Shown here: positions 1 through 13,598 of the stretch, in pieces
How the letters are laid out: every line of letters begins with the position of its first letter
Position numbering within the stretch: position 1 is the stretch's first letter
Source: Desulfobacterales bacterium
Lineage (GTDB): Bacteria; Desulfobacterota; Desulfobacteria; Desulfobacterales; UBA5852
DNA length: 64,000 bases
NCBI GenBank assembly: GCA_963674755.2
Contig: CAXXVS010000003.1
Coordinates: 2,592,001 to 2,656,000 of the forward strand
Direction of reading: 5' to 3'
The notes under the pieces: generated by a model
Databases searched by the model: none
The model's input: only the letters and a program-made list of their open reading frames with translations
What the model was told of the DNA's origin: nothing
Program-made: the position numbers and the translations under genes

Positions 1-2
1 TG

Positions 3-1124
3 CGCAAGGGGGCCTATGATTTCATCACCAAACCCTTCGACCACGACCAACTGATCCACCATCTGCGCAAGGCTCTCGAGCGCTGCCGTCTGCTCCAGGA
101 GAATCAGAACCTCAAAAGTCGGGTGGGGGCCGGCGGAACCTTCCAGCGCTTTGTGGGGGCCAGCCCTGTCATGCAAAAGGTCTATGACACCATCAGCATG
201 CTCAGCAAGTCCGATCTGACCGTGCTCATCACCGGCGCCTCGGGCACCGGCAAGAACCTGGCGGCCCAGGCCCTGCACGATCTCAGCGAACGCCGCAAGG
301 GGCCTTTTGTGCGGGTGAGCTGCCCCACCGTGCCGGAAAATATCCTGGAGAGCGAGCTCTTCGGCTATGCCAAAGGCGCCTTTACCCATGCCGCCAGCGA
401 CCACAAGGGCCTTTTCGAGGCGGCCCACGGCGGGACGATTTTCCTGGACGAGATCGGCGACATTTCCCCCGTCATCCAAACCAAGCTGCTGCAGGTGCTG
501 GAAAACAACGAGTTCAAGCCCCTGGGACGCAACCGCACGGTGCGGGTGGACGTCCGTATACTGGCGGCCACCAACCGCGACCTGAAGGAAAAGATGGCCC
601 AGAGTGAATTCCGGGAGGATCTGTTCTACCGGCTATGCGTGGTGGATCTGCCCATGCCGCCCCTGTCCGAGCGCCGCGAAGATCTGCCCCTGCTGGTGGA
701 CCACTTCCTGGAGCGTTGCGCCTTGCGTTTCGGGCAGGAAAAAAAGGCGCTGGCCCCGGACGTCATGCCGCAATTGATGCAGCACGACTGGCAAGGCAAT
801 GTGCGGGAGCTGGAAAACACCATCAAGCGGGCCGTGGTGATGTCCGCCGGACAGACCATTTCCATCGAGGAGTTGGGTTGGACGCCCCGGGAATGCGTGG
901 CCGGTCTGGAAGCCGGCGACCTGAGCGAGCTGCCCTACCGTGAGGCCAAGGAATCCGTCCTGGCCCAGTTCAGCACCCGCTACCTGGAAGAGGCCCTGCG
1001 CCGCAGCGGCGGCAACGTGACCCGGGCCGCCCATGACAGCGGGCTGGAGCGCCAGTCATTTCAACAAATTATGCGGAAATACCATATTCGCTCGGACGTA
1101 TTCCGCAAAAGTGCCAAAAAATGA
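3..1124 (+). CDS. Sigma54-dependent NtrC-family response regulator (5' end outside window)
   Basis: Frame is open from base 3 (RKGAYDFITKPFD = end of REC domain). Walker A GASGTGK, ESELFG, GAFTHA (GAFTGA variant), FLDEIGD, WQGNVRELEN, C-terminal Fis-type HTH. Confidence 0.93.
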   Translation, partial: RKGAYDFITKPFDHDQLIHHLRKALERCRLLQENQNLKSRVGAGGTFQRFVGASPVMQKVYDTISMLSKSDLTVLITGASGTGKNLAAQALHDLSERRKGPFVRVSCPTVPENILESELFGYAKGAFTHAASDHKGLFEAAHGGTIFLDEIGDISPVIQTKLLQVLENNEFKPLGRNRTVRVDVRILAATNRDLKEKMAQSEFREDLFYRLCVVDLPMPPLSERREDLPLLVDHFLERCALRFGQEKKALAPDVMPQLMQHDWQGNVRELENTIKRAVVMSAGQTISIEELGWTPRECVAGLEAGDLSELPYREAKESVLAQFSTRYLEEALRRSGGNVTRAAHDSGLERQSFQQIMRKYHIRSDVFRKSAKK

Positions 1125-1129
1125 TGGCA
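1112..1129. promoter_or_regulatory. Candidate enhancer (UAS) palindrome TGCCA-N8-TGGCA
   Basis: AGTGCCA-N8-TGGCACT overlaps the regulator stop codon, ~200 bp upstream of a sigma54 promoter. Same TGNCA-N8-TGNCA geometry as the sites at 43781-43918. Confidence 0.5.
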
Positions 1130-1326
1130 CTGCCGCCTGATTCTGAATGCAACGCTAACCGATTAAAACAATTGCGATAATTTTATTTTATGCCGGATAT
1201 TTCATCCTTCCCGGGAGTTGCGCTCCCCTTTAACCCTGCCCACCCCGGGGCTCGGCCTGACCTTTAATTTTATGATAGCGAATAAAAACAGTAAGATAAT
1301 CAATGGTGTGGCCAATTAGGCGACCT

Positions 1327-1341
1327 TGGCATACTTCTTGT
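1327..1341 (+). promoter_or_regulatory. Sigma54 -24/-12 promoter of the TauE gene
   Basis: TGGCATACTTCTTGT = GG-N10-GT, downstream of a bEBP gene and an AT-rich tract. Confidence 0.72.
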
Positions 1342-1559
1342 TTCAATCCTCCGCATGTGTTGTGCGTTGGATTGTTTGGCCGTGTATGTGGCGCCCCTCG
1401 CGGTGCGGTCGCGTCCAGCGGGCCACTCCGGCCTGCCGGGAGCGCAAGCCCGCGGACAGCCGACGGTCCTGCTACCGGTTTTCCCGGTGATGCCCCGCGG
1501 CATTGCACCGGAGACGATAAATGTCCCTTTATTCACTCAAAGATCGGAGGTTTGAGAAC

Positions 1560-2831
1560 ATGAAGAAACCCTATTTAGTGATCCTTATGCTGGCTCTGGT
1601 GGGCCTGGCCCTGGCGGCGCCGATGATTGGCGTGGACAAGGCCCAGGCCGCAAGTCTGGAAGAGGCGATCGCCCAAACGCCTACCGGCACCGAAAAAGGC
1701 CAGATCGATCCCAATGCCGAGCCCGGATTCCTGGGCATTCCCGGCGCGCCGCAGCCCAATCTGGTCTACGGGTTCTTGTGGGCTATCTGGGTGGGATGGA
1801 TCTTTTCCACGGTGGGCGCTTTCGGCGGCATCATGGCCGGCGTAGGCCACATCACCATCTTCGGACTTGCCGACTATGCCAAGAGCTTCGGCAAGGGATC
1901 GCCCATGAACAAACTCATCACCGACTCGATCCGGGTATCCAACCAGTGGCTGGTGGGGTTGAGCGGGCTGATTTCCAGCACCAACTACTACCGCATGGGA
2001 CGCCTGGTGGCGCCCCTGGGGCTGTGCCTGGCCATCGGCGGCGTGGGCGGCTCCTGGCTGATCCCGTCGCTCACGGCGGGCAAAATCAGTCTGCGTGACT
2101 ACATCGGCTACTTCGGCCTGATCGTTCTTTTGCTGGGCATCATGCTGATCCGGGAAACCACGGCGGCCGGCATGGCCAAGAAGAAAAAAGCCAAGGAAGC
2201 CGCGGCGGCCTTCGAGAAGCAGGTCAAGGCCGGCGGCGCAACCGACGAGGGCGTCAAGATCCTCGAAGGCAGCTGGACCCTTATGTTCGTCGCCCTCGGT
2301 CTGGTGGTGGCTAGCGCCCTGTGGGCCAACCTGGCCGGCGGTATGAAAGTGGTGGCCTACGGACTGGCAGTGGCCGGCTGGGTGGTGACCTTTTTCATCG
2401 GCACCATCAAATTCACCTTCTACGGTGTTGAGTTCGAGATGAAGGCCTTCGTGCCCATGCTGGGCGGCATCTTCATCGCGGCCCTGGCCTCCTTCCTGGG
2501 GATCGGCGGCGGCTTTCTGTTCGTGCCTTTCCTGACCTCGGTGGCGGGCCTGCCTATGTTCCTGGTGGCCGGCACCAGCGCCCTGGTGGTGCTCGTGGGC
2601 ATGATCGTGTCCATCTTCAGCTACATGGTGGGCAAGGGCGTTGTGATCTACTGGGGCCTGATCGGGGCCGAACTGGTGGGCATCTTCGTGGGATCCATGA
2701 TCGGACCCCGGACGTCCAAGTACATCCCGGACATCTGGCTGAAACGCCTGTTCGTTCTGTTGGCGTTCTATATCGGTATTCGCTACACCACGAAGGGTTT
2801 TCTGGGATACTCCATCGTGCCGCCATTCTGA
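1560..2831 (+). CDS. Sulfite exporter TauE/SafE (TSUP) family membrane protein
   Basis: Two repeats of the Gly-rich TSUP motif (STVGAFGGIMA; SFLGIGGGFLFVP), many TM helices. Start moved to ATG 1560 behind GGAGG. Confidence 0.85.
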   Translation: MKKPYLVILMLALVGLALAAPMIGVDKAQAASLEEAIAQTPTGTEKGQIDPNAEPGFLGIPGAPQPNLVYGFLWAIWVGWIFSTVGAFGGIMAGVGHITIFGLADYAKSFGKGSPMNKLITDSIRVSNQWLVGLSGLISSTNYYRMGRLVAPLGLCLAIGGVGGSWLIPSLTAGKISLRDYIGYFGLIVLLLGIMLIRETTAAGMAKKKKAKEAAAAFEKQVKAGGATDEGVKILEGSWTLMFVALGLVVASALWANLAGGMKVVAYGLAVAGWVVTFFIGTIKFTFYGVEFEMKAFVPMLGGIFIAALASFLGIGGGFLFVPFLTSVAGLPMFLVAGTSALVVLVGMIVSIFSYMVGKGVVIYWGLIGAELVGIFVGSMIGPRTSKYIPDIWLKRLFVLLAFYIGIRYTTKGFLGYSIVPPF

Positions 2832-2870
2832 TGGGCGGGCATTAACGTGGTGTTGAAATAGATCCGCAAG

Positions 2871-2904
2871 TCCCGGGAGAGGCCTTCGGGCGTCTCTCCC
2901 GGGA
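2871..2904 (+). terminator. Strong GC hairpin with TTCG loop after TauE (terminator or mRNA stabiliser)
   Basis: TCCCGGGAGAGGCC-TTCG-GGCGTCTCTCCCGGGA; no U-tract follows. Confidence 0.5.
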
Positions 2905-2931
2905 TGTCCACCCCCACAACGAAAGACGCCT

Positions 2932-3576
2932 ATGTCACCGATCGTCGAAACCCTTTACCACCAGACCGATGCCGCCCTGATCTTCTTTTTTCGACTGGCG
3001 GCGAACCCCGTGCTGGGCTATCTGCTGGGCATTGCCGTGCTGGCCTTGGTGTGCGTGGTGCTGGGTGACCTGACGATTACGCTGGCCCTGCGTGTCAATG
3101 GCACCTATTTCCATCAGGACAACCTGGAACTGGTGCGCATGCAGAACAAATCCCTTCTGGCGTTGCGGGCCGGCGATAAAGCAAGCTACCAGGCCTGCAA
3201 CGAGATGGCCAACGACTCTTTCGGCAAGGTTTTTTTCAGCCAGATCGCTCTTGGTGCTTCATCTCTCTGGCCGGTGCCTTTCGCGCTGCACTGGCTCGAC
3301 GGGCGTTTTGCGGATGTGGCCTTTGTGCTGCCGATACCCTTGGGGCATCTTACCTCGGTGGGATATGCCTTTTCCTTTATTCCGATGTATATTCTGGTGC
3401 GGATTCTCTTCGGCCATGTCCGCTCCCATCTGCCGGGTTACCGCCGGCTGACGGGGTCGCCGGCCGGTGATGCGGAGGAAATCGAGGTCATGCTGAGCAT
3501 GGAGGATGTCTTCCCCGTCAGATCCAAAGGTCACCCGGGGTGCCGCGGGGCATTGGAGGATGACGGTGCCTGCTGA
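2932..3576 (+). CDS. Hypothetical membrane protein linked to TauE
   Basis: 214-aa ORF with ~3 hydrophobic segments, co-oriented with TauE. Confidence 0.75.
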   Translation: MSPIVETLYHQTDAALIFFFRLAANPVLGYLLGIAVLALVCVVLGDLTITLALRVNGTYFHQDNLELVRMQNKSLLALRAGDKASYQACNEMANDSFGKVFFSQIALGASSLWPVPFALHWLDGRFADVAFVLPIPLGHLTSVGYAFSFIPMYILVRILFGHVRSHLPGYRRLTGSPAGDAEEIEVMLSMEDVFPVRSKGHPGCRGALEDDGAC

Positions 3577-3606
3577 AGCCGCAACCACTGCGCTACGTCA
3601 GGCGGG

Positions 3607-4029
3607 TTAGGATTTCTTCTTCTCGATCTCGGCGCGCAGCTTCTTTTCCATCTCCTCGAACAGACTCTTTTTCTTCTTTTTTTGGTCGGCCTGCATGGTG
3701 GCGATGCGGTTGGCCACGTTTTTTTGGGAGGCCTGGAATTTGCTGAGTTCGTCCTGCAGCCGATCGGGCGCATCCTCCTTCGGGATGTCTTCAATCTTGA
3801 GATGCTCCCGCACAAATAAGCGCTGGCCGTAAGGTCCGGGGACCGCTTCCAGGGCCCCGATTCCTTCCAGCCGGCGGCAGATAAAACCGCCCCGCTCCTT
3901 GGAAAGCCCCAGCATTTCGCAGACCTGCTCCAACTCCGGCGGGGACTGCTCCTGGTGGCTCAACACACGCACCGCGGCCACAAAAAGGTGGGCGCTTTCG
4001 TAGAGGGACAGGGTTTCCTTGGGTGCCAC
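3607..4029 (-). CDS. Hypothetical protein (possible wHTH plus charged coiled-coil tail)
   Basis: AAGGAG precedes GTG at 4029; 140 aa; HTH-like segment LEQVCEMLGLSKERGGFICRRLEGIG; Lys/Glu-rich C-terminus. Confidence 0.7.
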   Translation of the reverse strand: MAPKETLSLYESAHLFVAAVRVLSHQEQSPPELEQVCEMLGLSKERGGFICRRLEGIGALEAVPGPYGQRLFVREHLKIEDIPKEDAPDRLQDELSKFQASQKNVANRIATMQADQKKKKKSLFEEMEKKLRAEIEKKKS

Positions 4030-4081
4030 GGTACATCTCCTTGGGGATCGGGTAGCCTCATCGTATAAGCCCGGCGGCATC

Positions 4082-4128
4082 TTGACAGGGTGACCAGCGG
4101 AGAGTAACATTTGGTCGATTTTTGTCAA
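4082..4128. promoter_or_regulatory. Overlapping sigma70-type promoters on opposite strands
   Basis: + strand TTGACA(4082)-N17-TAACAT; - strand TTGACA(4128)-N16-TACTCT with an extended TG. Confidence 0.55.
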
Positions 4129-4249
4129 GCCGTCCGGCAGGGCCTGATCCTGGGCAACCAACGGCGGCGGTGCAAAAACGACCGATCATGTTGACATATC
4201 ACAGGGCGGCGGTTACCGCACGCCAGATCCAATCCAACAACACCGCTAA

Positions 4250-5590
<1,341 letters not shown>

Positions 5591-5628
5591 GGGAGCTGTC
5601 TAACGCCCTGTCAAGGACCCTGACCATT

Positions 5629-6465
5629 ATGATGATGCCCGACCTACGCAAACTTCTGACCCTCGTGGCCGGCATGGCCCTCCTGTTGACCGCCGTGCCG
5701 TTGCCCGCCCGTGCCTATGTCCTCATGGGGGAGCATATTCTGGATCTGACGGTCAAGGCCCTGGGACCAGCCGAAACGCTTGAAGCGTCCCAGACCCTGA
5801 CCATCAGCGCCCCGGCGCCGGCGCCTCCCGGCGGCTTGCAGGAAACGGTGCGCATCCGCCGGCCTTTCGACCTGCGGGCGGATGCCCGCGGCGAGGATTA
5901 CGAACGCCACCTGCTGATCGTCGGCCCGCAGACCCTGCTGGTGGTCAACGGCATCCGGCAGGAGGGCCCCCTGCCGCGTTATCTACGCTACCACGCTATC
6001 CTGATGGCCAAATCGCGGCCGGCGCTGGTGGATCACCTGCGTACGGTGGGCGTCGATGTCCAGGTATCCAGCCTGGGCCGGCTGGATGACCGTTACTGCT
6101 ATGTCGTGGGGGCCCATTTCCCGAATGAAGATGTCGCCCAGCTCTGGGTGGACAAGGATACGTTTTTGCCTTTCCGTCTCCTGCTGCCCTCATCCGCCTT
6201 GCATCCCGAGGCCGGTCCGCTGGAGATTCGCTACCGCAACTGGACCTTTGTGGACGGGGCGGCCTACCCCATGCACGTCGTTATGATGCAGAACCATCAG
6301 GTCATGGAGGAAGTCCGGGTCGACCGGGTCGAGGTCAACCCGGCGCTGGGTGGCGATGTCTTCGATATGGCCGCCCTGCGATGGCAATGGTCCCGGCCGC
6401 TTCCAGCGGCTGAGGACAACATAAACCCGGCGCCGCCGTCGGCGCTGCCGCCACCGACTGAATAG
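5629..6465 (+). CDS. Exported protein, possibly LolA-like fold
   Basis: Signal peptide ending ARA; QLWVDKDTFLPFRL resembles LolA/lipoprotein-sorting beta proteins; Pro-rich tail. Confidence 0.65.
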   Translation: MMMPDLRKLLTLVAGMALLLTAVPLPARAYVLMGEHILDLTVKALGPAETLEASQTLTISAPAPAPPGGLQETVRIRRPFDLRADARGEDYERHLLIVGPQTLLVVNGIRQEGPLPRYLRYHAILMAKSRPALVDHLRTVGVDVQVSSLGRLDDRYCYVVGAHFPNEDVAQLWVDKDTFLPFRLLLPSSALHPEAGPLEIRYRNWTFVDGAAYPMHVVMMQNHQVMEEVRVDRVEVNPALGGDVFDMAALRWQWSRPLPAAEDNINPAPPSALPPPTE

Positions 6466-6756
6466 AAAAAAATGCGACAAAGCTCTTGCACTTCGGACCG
6501 CATTCTGAAATATATCGGAACCGTGATGCGGGTGGTATCGGCCACAGCGGATCCACCCGTCGCATGGCATCCACTAGCCAACGAACCTTTACCATTGTGA
6601 AACCACCGCAGTTTGCTAATCGATGGGGTATTTGCTGAATTCATTTCAGGCCGATCACCAATTACAGCCCCACACCCCCCTCCACTTGCTTCCATCACTT
6701 CTTGGCCCATGTTGCGGTATGGCCGTGCGCCGCGGACGGCGCGCAGCGGGCCATGA

Positions 6757-8451
<1,695 letters not shown>

Positions 8452-8454
8452 TCC

Positions 8455-9801
8455 TTATTTTTCTTCTGTTTGAACGGGCGACGACTGATCGATGTCGACG
8501 ATGGTCTCGCCGGAAGTGTAGCGGGCGGTGCGGTAGCGGGTGATCCCCATCAGTTTATGGGTGATTTCCCCCATTTTTTCGGTCTGGGTCTTGATGGCCG
8601 CGACCTTGCGATACATGGGATCCTCGGGCGCCATCTTAAGCATCAGCAGCTCGGCATAGCCGTAAATGCCCTGGATCGGCTGGTTCAACTTGTGGCATAC
8701 CGCTCCGGCCATCTCCAGGGCGACCTTCAGTTTTTCGCTGTCCAGGCGGTCGTCTTGGGCATACTTGCTCTTGGTGGTGTCCTGGAGGACGAAAAGACGG
8801 CCCGCCAGGCGGCCGTGGCGGCGAATGGGGGCGATGCGGATGTGGAAATAACCCCGTCCCTCCTCCAACTCCAATTCCGTGTTTTCCAGGATTTCTTCCG
8901 TTTCCCGACCGCGATCCACCAGATGCAGAAAAGGCCCCAGAACGATCCGGGCCGGACGTCCGATCATGTGGCGGGCCGATTCGCCGATCAAGCGGCAGGC
9001 CGCCGGATTGATCTCCACCACGCGGTCGCGCCGGTCAAGGATGATGACCCCGTCCGGCAGACTCTGAATGACGGCATCGTGTCCGATGGGGATGACGTCG
9101 AAGAGCCGGCCGTAAAAAACCGCCCAACCGAGCAACAGTACCGAAAGGGTGAACAGAAAAGGGGTGGGGTCCACCCCCCGGCTTTCCGGAAAATCTATGC
9201 CGGCCAGGTACAAGGCATTGCCGATCCATGGAATCAGGCAGGACAGCAGCAGCAGCCCCCGCTGGCCCCAATACCACTGGGGAGTGCGGTTGAGCGAAAT
9301 GCCGATCAGCAGACACCCGGCGGCCAGCAGGGCGTAGGAATAGATGGTGTGGAACCAGAACCATCCCCCGAAATCGCGCACCAGGATATGGAAGTCGCCT
9401 TCGGTGACGAGCTGGGTAGAACGCAGAATCAGCCCATGGCCGGCGTTGGTGACCGCCAGCAGGGAGGTGGTCAGGGGCACCACCAGCAGGGCCGCCAGGC
9501 GGCGCCCCGTCAGCCAGTCGCCGCGGCCCGTGTAAGCCAGCAGGAAGGTCAGCCAGGCCACGGGGACATAGGGGATCGCCAGGTACTGGGCCTGGGCCCA
9601 GAAGCGTTTGCTCGCCAGGCCCACGGCCCCCAGTTCCAAGGCGTACATGGCGGTCCAGGCCCCCATGGCGAGCATGAACAGGATAAAATAGCCCGCTCCG
9701 GGGGTCTGGCGGTAGCGCCCGGCGATGAACAGCAGCCCCATGCAGACGGCCGCGGCCGCCAGCAGGAGCATGACAAAGGGGTTGTCCAACCTGATGATCA
9801 A
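8455..9801 (-). CDS. HisKA_7TM-type membrane sensor + PAS + HisKA-like helix, no ATPase domain
   Basis: Seven TM segments, PAS (LPDGVIILDRRDRVVEINPAA), H-box AGAVCHKLNQP; protein ends ~75 aa later. Confidence 0.8.
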   Translation of the reverse strand: MIIRLDNPFVMLLLAAAAVCMGLLFIAGRYRQTPGAGYFILFMLAMGAWTAMYALELGAVGLASKRFWAQAQYLAIPYVPVAWLTFLLAYTGRGDWLTGRRLAALLVVPLTTSLLAVTNAGHGLILRSTQLVTEGDFHILVRDFGGWFWFHTIYSYALLAAGCLLIGISLNRTPQWYWGQRGLLLLSCLIPWIGNALYLAGIDFPESRGVDPTPFLFTLSVLLLGWAVFYGRLFDVIPIGHDAVIQSLPDGVIILDRRDRVVEINPAACRLIGESARHMIGRPARIVLGPFLHLVDRGRETEEILENTELELEEGRGYFHIRIAPIRRHGRLAGRLFVLQDTTKSKYAQDDRLDSEKLKVALEMAGAVCHKLNQPIQGIYGYAELLMLKMAPEDPMYRKVAAIKTQTEKMGEITHKLMGITRYRTARYTSGETIVDIDQSSPVQTEEK

Positions 9802-9827
9802 GCGTCATTCCCCCGAATGGCGGATTT

Positions 9828-12800
9828 TCAAGCCGCGCGCGATACGATCCGCTCCCCGATTTTCTCGGCGGACCGTCCGAAAAGCTCATCCATTTCGATG
9901 AGATCCAGCAGATTGTCTTGCCAGACCACATTGTTCTCCTGCACGATACTGCGGATGTGGTCGTATTTCCCGCCCAGGGCCTTGACCCGGTCGGGCAGCG
10001 CGACATCATCGCGGAAGCCGATGTTCAGAAGCAGGAGATATTCGATAAGGTTGGAGCGGTTGGGCTGGTCGGAAATCACGGGGATGACCAGAATGCTGCG
10101 GTCGTCCTTGCGTCCCTTGCCGATGTAGACATTGCCCTGGCGCACGATGATTTTTTTGGTCCCCTTGAGGCGATGGTCACTCTCCACCCGGGAGGGAATC
10201 GATGCCAGGACCCCGGTTTTTTGCAGAATCGTGATGGTGGTTTCTTCGGTAATGTCGCCCAACAGATCCAGGTTGGCGATGCGATAGAGAATGCCGCCAT
10301 GGATGGTGGCCAGGATTTCCTGGAGATGTTTCAAAACCAGCACGTTGCGGTTGGTGAGCTGGGAGGGGTTCAGGCCGTAGTCGGTCAGGGTTTGGAACAG
10401 CAGTCCTTCCAATTTTTCACTGATGCGGCTGGTGCCCACCGTGACGGTCTTGGCCTGATGCTTGATGGCGTCCACCGGCCGCGACATGGCATTGATGCCG
10501 CGGGCCATGACGGCAAAGAAGGCATCCAGCATATTGCGCGCCGTACCCTTGAGGCCGAAGTCGAGCTCGAAGTCGGACACCGGCAGTTTGCCGGCCAGGT
10601 ATTTCAACAGTAGGGTCAGGTCCGAGGCCGTTTCAAGCCCTAACGCTGCCGGCAGCCGGCGCGCGTTTTTGCGCTGGCGAAAGGCCTGGTAGAAGGCGGC
10701 GAATTTTTGACGGAAGGATTTTTCGAGGATAAGCTCGTAGATGTCCAGCCCCTCTTCCGCACTCGCGTCGAGGGTCTGCTGGACGCTTTCCTGGAAATCG
10801 TAGAGGAAACGGGATCCGTCGTTGATGGCCAGGGCCGCGTAATAGCCCCAGAGATGGCCCACCAGGGTATTGAGGACCGGGGCCAGATGCTCGCTGGCGC
10901 GGGGCACATGGAAAACATCCTCGGCATAAGGGGCGAAACGCTCCTCGTCCTCATCGGCGATGACCACGGGCAGGGCTTTGTGGGCCTTGAAGATGGCCGT
11001 ATCCTTGATGATGTCGCCGATCACCGTGTTGCGGCATCCGGCGGCGCAGACAATGATCAGGGGCTCCGAGGACAGGTCGATGTGCTTCTTGTCCTCCACG
11101 TAGTCCGAAGAGATGGTTTTGTAGCACAGCTCGCTCAGTTTGATGCGAATCTCATCGGCGGAAGCCTTGTTGGGGCCGCTGCCCACGGAAGCCCAGTAAG
11201 TCCTGGTGACGGCCAGGCGTTGGGCGGAAGCCTCAATCGCTTCCTGCATGGCGAGCACCTGGCGCATCTTCCCGGGCAGCGCCAGGAGCTGGCGCAGCTC
11301 CTGGGTGATGAAGACGTCGTCCCGCCGCCCCCTGAGGCCTGCAATCAACAGACTCAACAGGGCGCCGGCCACGATCTGGGAGTAGAAGGCTTTGGTGGAG
11401 GCGACGGACATTTCAATGTCCCGGCCGCTGCTGGTATACAGCACGCCGTCCACCTTGAAGGTCAGGTCGGAATCGCGCCGGTTGACGATGGCCAGCGTTC
11501 GGGCGCCCCGTTCGCGCACCATGTCCACGGTGCGGTTGGTATCGGTGGTGGTGCCCGATTGACTGATGGCCACCACCAGGGCGTCTTCCATACGCATACC
11601 GGCATCCCCGGCATCCAGCATGAACCCGCTCAATTCCGAGGCCTTGAGGGCGCTGATCTGTAAGGCCGGGTCGTCCAGGTAATAGGACAGCAGATTGGCG
11701 CAGGCCAGGGCGGCCACCCCGGCGGTCCCCTGGCCCACAAAGTAGATGCGCCGGATGCGGCCTTCGGCGATGGCTTGCCGCAGATCCGGCGGCATCACCG
11801 TGGCGTCGAGATCGATGGCCCACAGGTTCTGCCCCTCGTCTTTGATTTTCCAACGATTGTAGAGGGTTTTGGCGACCGAGTCCGGGGCTTCGGAGATCTC
11901 CTTGAGGAAGTAGTGGGGGAAGTCCTGGCGGTTGATGTCCCGGGAGGTGAGGGCGGTTTGCTTGATGTCGTCCGGCCCCAGTTCGATGGGCGTGCCGTCG
12001 TAGTACATGGCCTGGATCCCTTCCAGGCCGCCGGCCGAATTCTGATCGAGGATGAAAATCTGGCCCTGGGTCGGCCCCTGCCGGCCCTCAACAAGCTTTT
12101 CGCCATCCATCTTGAGGAACTGCTGGGTCTTTTCGATAAAGCCGTAAACCTCGGACGTGGGCATATAGTGGTCCGCGGCCAGACCGATGAAGACGGCCTG
12201 GCCGCTGCCCTTCTGAGCCAGAAACAATTTTCCGGGTGCCAGGGCCGTATGCATGGAAATGGCATGGGAACCATCGAAGTCGTTCACCGCCCGGCGAAAA
12301 GCTTCGGCCGGATCGTGTCCCTGGGCAAGGTAGCGGCTGATCTGGAGGGGAATCATTTTGGTGTCGGTGGAAATTTCGGTTTGGATCCGATCACCGTCTT
12401 GTTCAAAGGCGGTCTTCAATTGCATGAAGTTGTCGATGTCGCCGTTGAGGCAGACATGCATGGGGCCCTGCAGCCCCTGGGGGAATTTCTCGGTGCGGGC
12501 ATCCAGGGGGTGACAGTTGGCTTCGTTGATGGCGCCCACCGAGGCCCAGCGGGTATGGGAAGTGACCGTGTGATGACGCCGCTCGAAGGCTACCAGGGTT
12601 TGCAGGAGGGGGTCGTTGCGGATTTCGTTGCGGATAAAGCGGATATTGTCCCCCAGGCAGCCGATTTCGGCGGCGACCTTGTAAACGATGGAAATCGTCA
12701 CATAGGCTTGTCCCTGGGCATCGGTGGTGATGTAGACATCCATGCCCTGGTTGCCCAGGACAGGCTGCCGGGTGCGCTGGGTCATGAGATCGTGGAGGCC

Positions 12801-13598
12801 GCGGCCGCTGTCCTGTTGCAGGGCCTCCTCGAAGTTCCGGAAAACCGCCTCATCGAGCATGAACATGAGCGACAGGCCGGCCGAGTCGCGCCCGCGCACC
12901 TCCAGGTGGTCGATGCTGTTGAGAACGGTATTGACATTGTAGAAAACCTCGACCCGTTCCGGGCTGAGCGGGCCGCGGGCCGGATCCATAAGGGCATCGA
13001 TCTTGGCCATGTTGGCCAGCAGTTCCCGCCCGAGGCACCAGGCCACATCCTCCAGCGTTTCCAGGTGGTCGGTGACGGCGTCCACGTCGGCGGCCTGCAG
13101 GCGGCCCTGATGGTCGGCCAGGACCTGTCTTTCTTCACGGATCATGGCGCGCAGGCGTGCTTCGATTTCCTGGAGCCGCTGCCGGTTTTCCGGTCGGCTG
13201 AACAGTGCGAAGAAGGCGGTTTTCTCCTTGAGCTGATCGGCGGTCGCTTTGATCGTGCGGATATGATCGTGTCCGCCCAGATGGCGATTCGCCAGGGGAT
13301 CGCTCTTTTCCAGGCAGACCTGCAGGCGATGGGCCTCACTCAACGCCAGCAAGTCGGCCAGGGTGGCGAGCGGGGTGGGGGCGTTCCCTTGCCGGCCCTT
13401 GAAGGCCACGATGCCGGCCAGCCCGCAGGCGGCCCGGTTGGGCTGCAGCGGAAAAAATACGATGGAGGCTTCAGGCACACTGGCCAGATGGCGCCCCCAA
13501 TAGACCGGGCGGTGTCCCCAGCGGGCCATGGTTTGCAGGGTTTGCCGCAGACCGCGGCCGGGGCCGGATCGGAGGGCTTGGGCATGGTATCGTTTCAT
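9828..13598 (-). CDS. Giant GlmS-like glutamine amidotransferase / double-SIS protein (1256 aa)
   Basis: [56 protein letters not shown]. Start overlaps the kdsB stop (ATGA). Confidence 0.88.
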   Translation of the reverse strand: MKRYHAQALRSGPGRGLRQTLQTMARWGHRPVYWGRHLASVPEASIVFFPLQPNRAACGLAGIVAFKGRQGNAPTPLATLADLLALSEAHRLQVCLEKSDPLANRHLGGHDHIRTIKATADQLKEKTAFFALFSRPENRQRLQEIEARLRAMIREERQVLADHQGRLQAADVDAVTDHLETLEDVAWCLGRELLANMAKIDALMDPARGPLSPERVEVFYNVNTVLNSIDHLEVRGRDSAGLSLMFMLDEAVFRNFEEALQQDSGRGLHDLMTQRTRQPVLGNQGMDVYITTDAQGQAYVTISIVYKVAAEIGCLGDNIRFIRNEIRNDPLLQTLVAFERRHHTVTSHTRWASVGAINEANCHPLDARTEKFPQGLQGPMHVCLNGDIDNFMQLKTAFEQDGDRIQTEISTDTKMIPLQISRYLAQGHDPAEAFRRAVNDFDGSHAISMHTALAPGKLFLAQKGSGQAVFIGLAADHYMPTSEVYGFIEKTQQFLKMDGEKLVEGRQGPTQGQIFILDQNSAGGLEGIQAMYYDGTPIELGPDDIKQTALTSRDINRQDFPHYFLKEISEAPDSVAKTLYNRWKIKDEGQNLWAIDLDATVMPPDLRQAIAEGRIRRIYFVGQGTAGVAALACANLLSYYLDDPALQISALKASELSGFMLDAGDAGMRMEDALVVAISQSGTTTDTNRTVDMVRERGARTLAIVNRRDSDLTFKVDGVLYTSSGRDIEMSVASTKAFYSQIVAGALLSLLIAGLRGRRDDVFITQELRQLLALPGKMRQVLAMQEAIEASAQRLAVTRTYWASVGSGPNKASADEIRIKLSELCYKTISSDYVEDKKHIDLSSEPLIIVCAAGCRNTVIGDIIKDTAIFKAHKALPVVIADEDEERFAPYAEDVFHVPRASEHLAPVLNTLVGHLWGYYAALAINDGSRFLYDFQESVQQTLDASAEEGLDIYELILEKSFRQKFAAFYQAFRQRKNARRLPAALGLETASDLTLLLKYLAGKLPVSDFELDFGLKGTARNMLDAFFAVMARGINAMSRPVDAIKHQAKTVTVGTSRISEKLEGLLFQTLTDYGLNPSQLTNRNVLVLKHLQEILATIHGGILYRIANLDLLGDITEETTITILQKTGVLASIPSRVESDHRLKGTKKIIVRQGNVYIGKGRKDDRSILVIPVISDQPNRSNLIEYLLLLNIGFRDDVALPDRVKALGGKYDHIRSIVQENNVVWQDNLLDLIEMDELFGRSAEKIGERIVSRAA

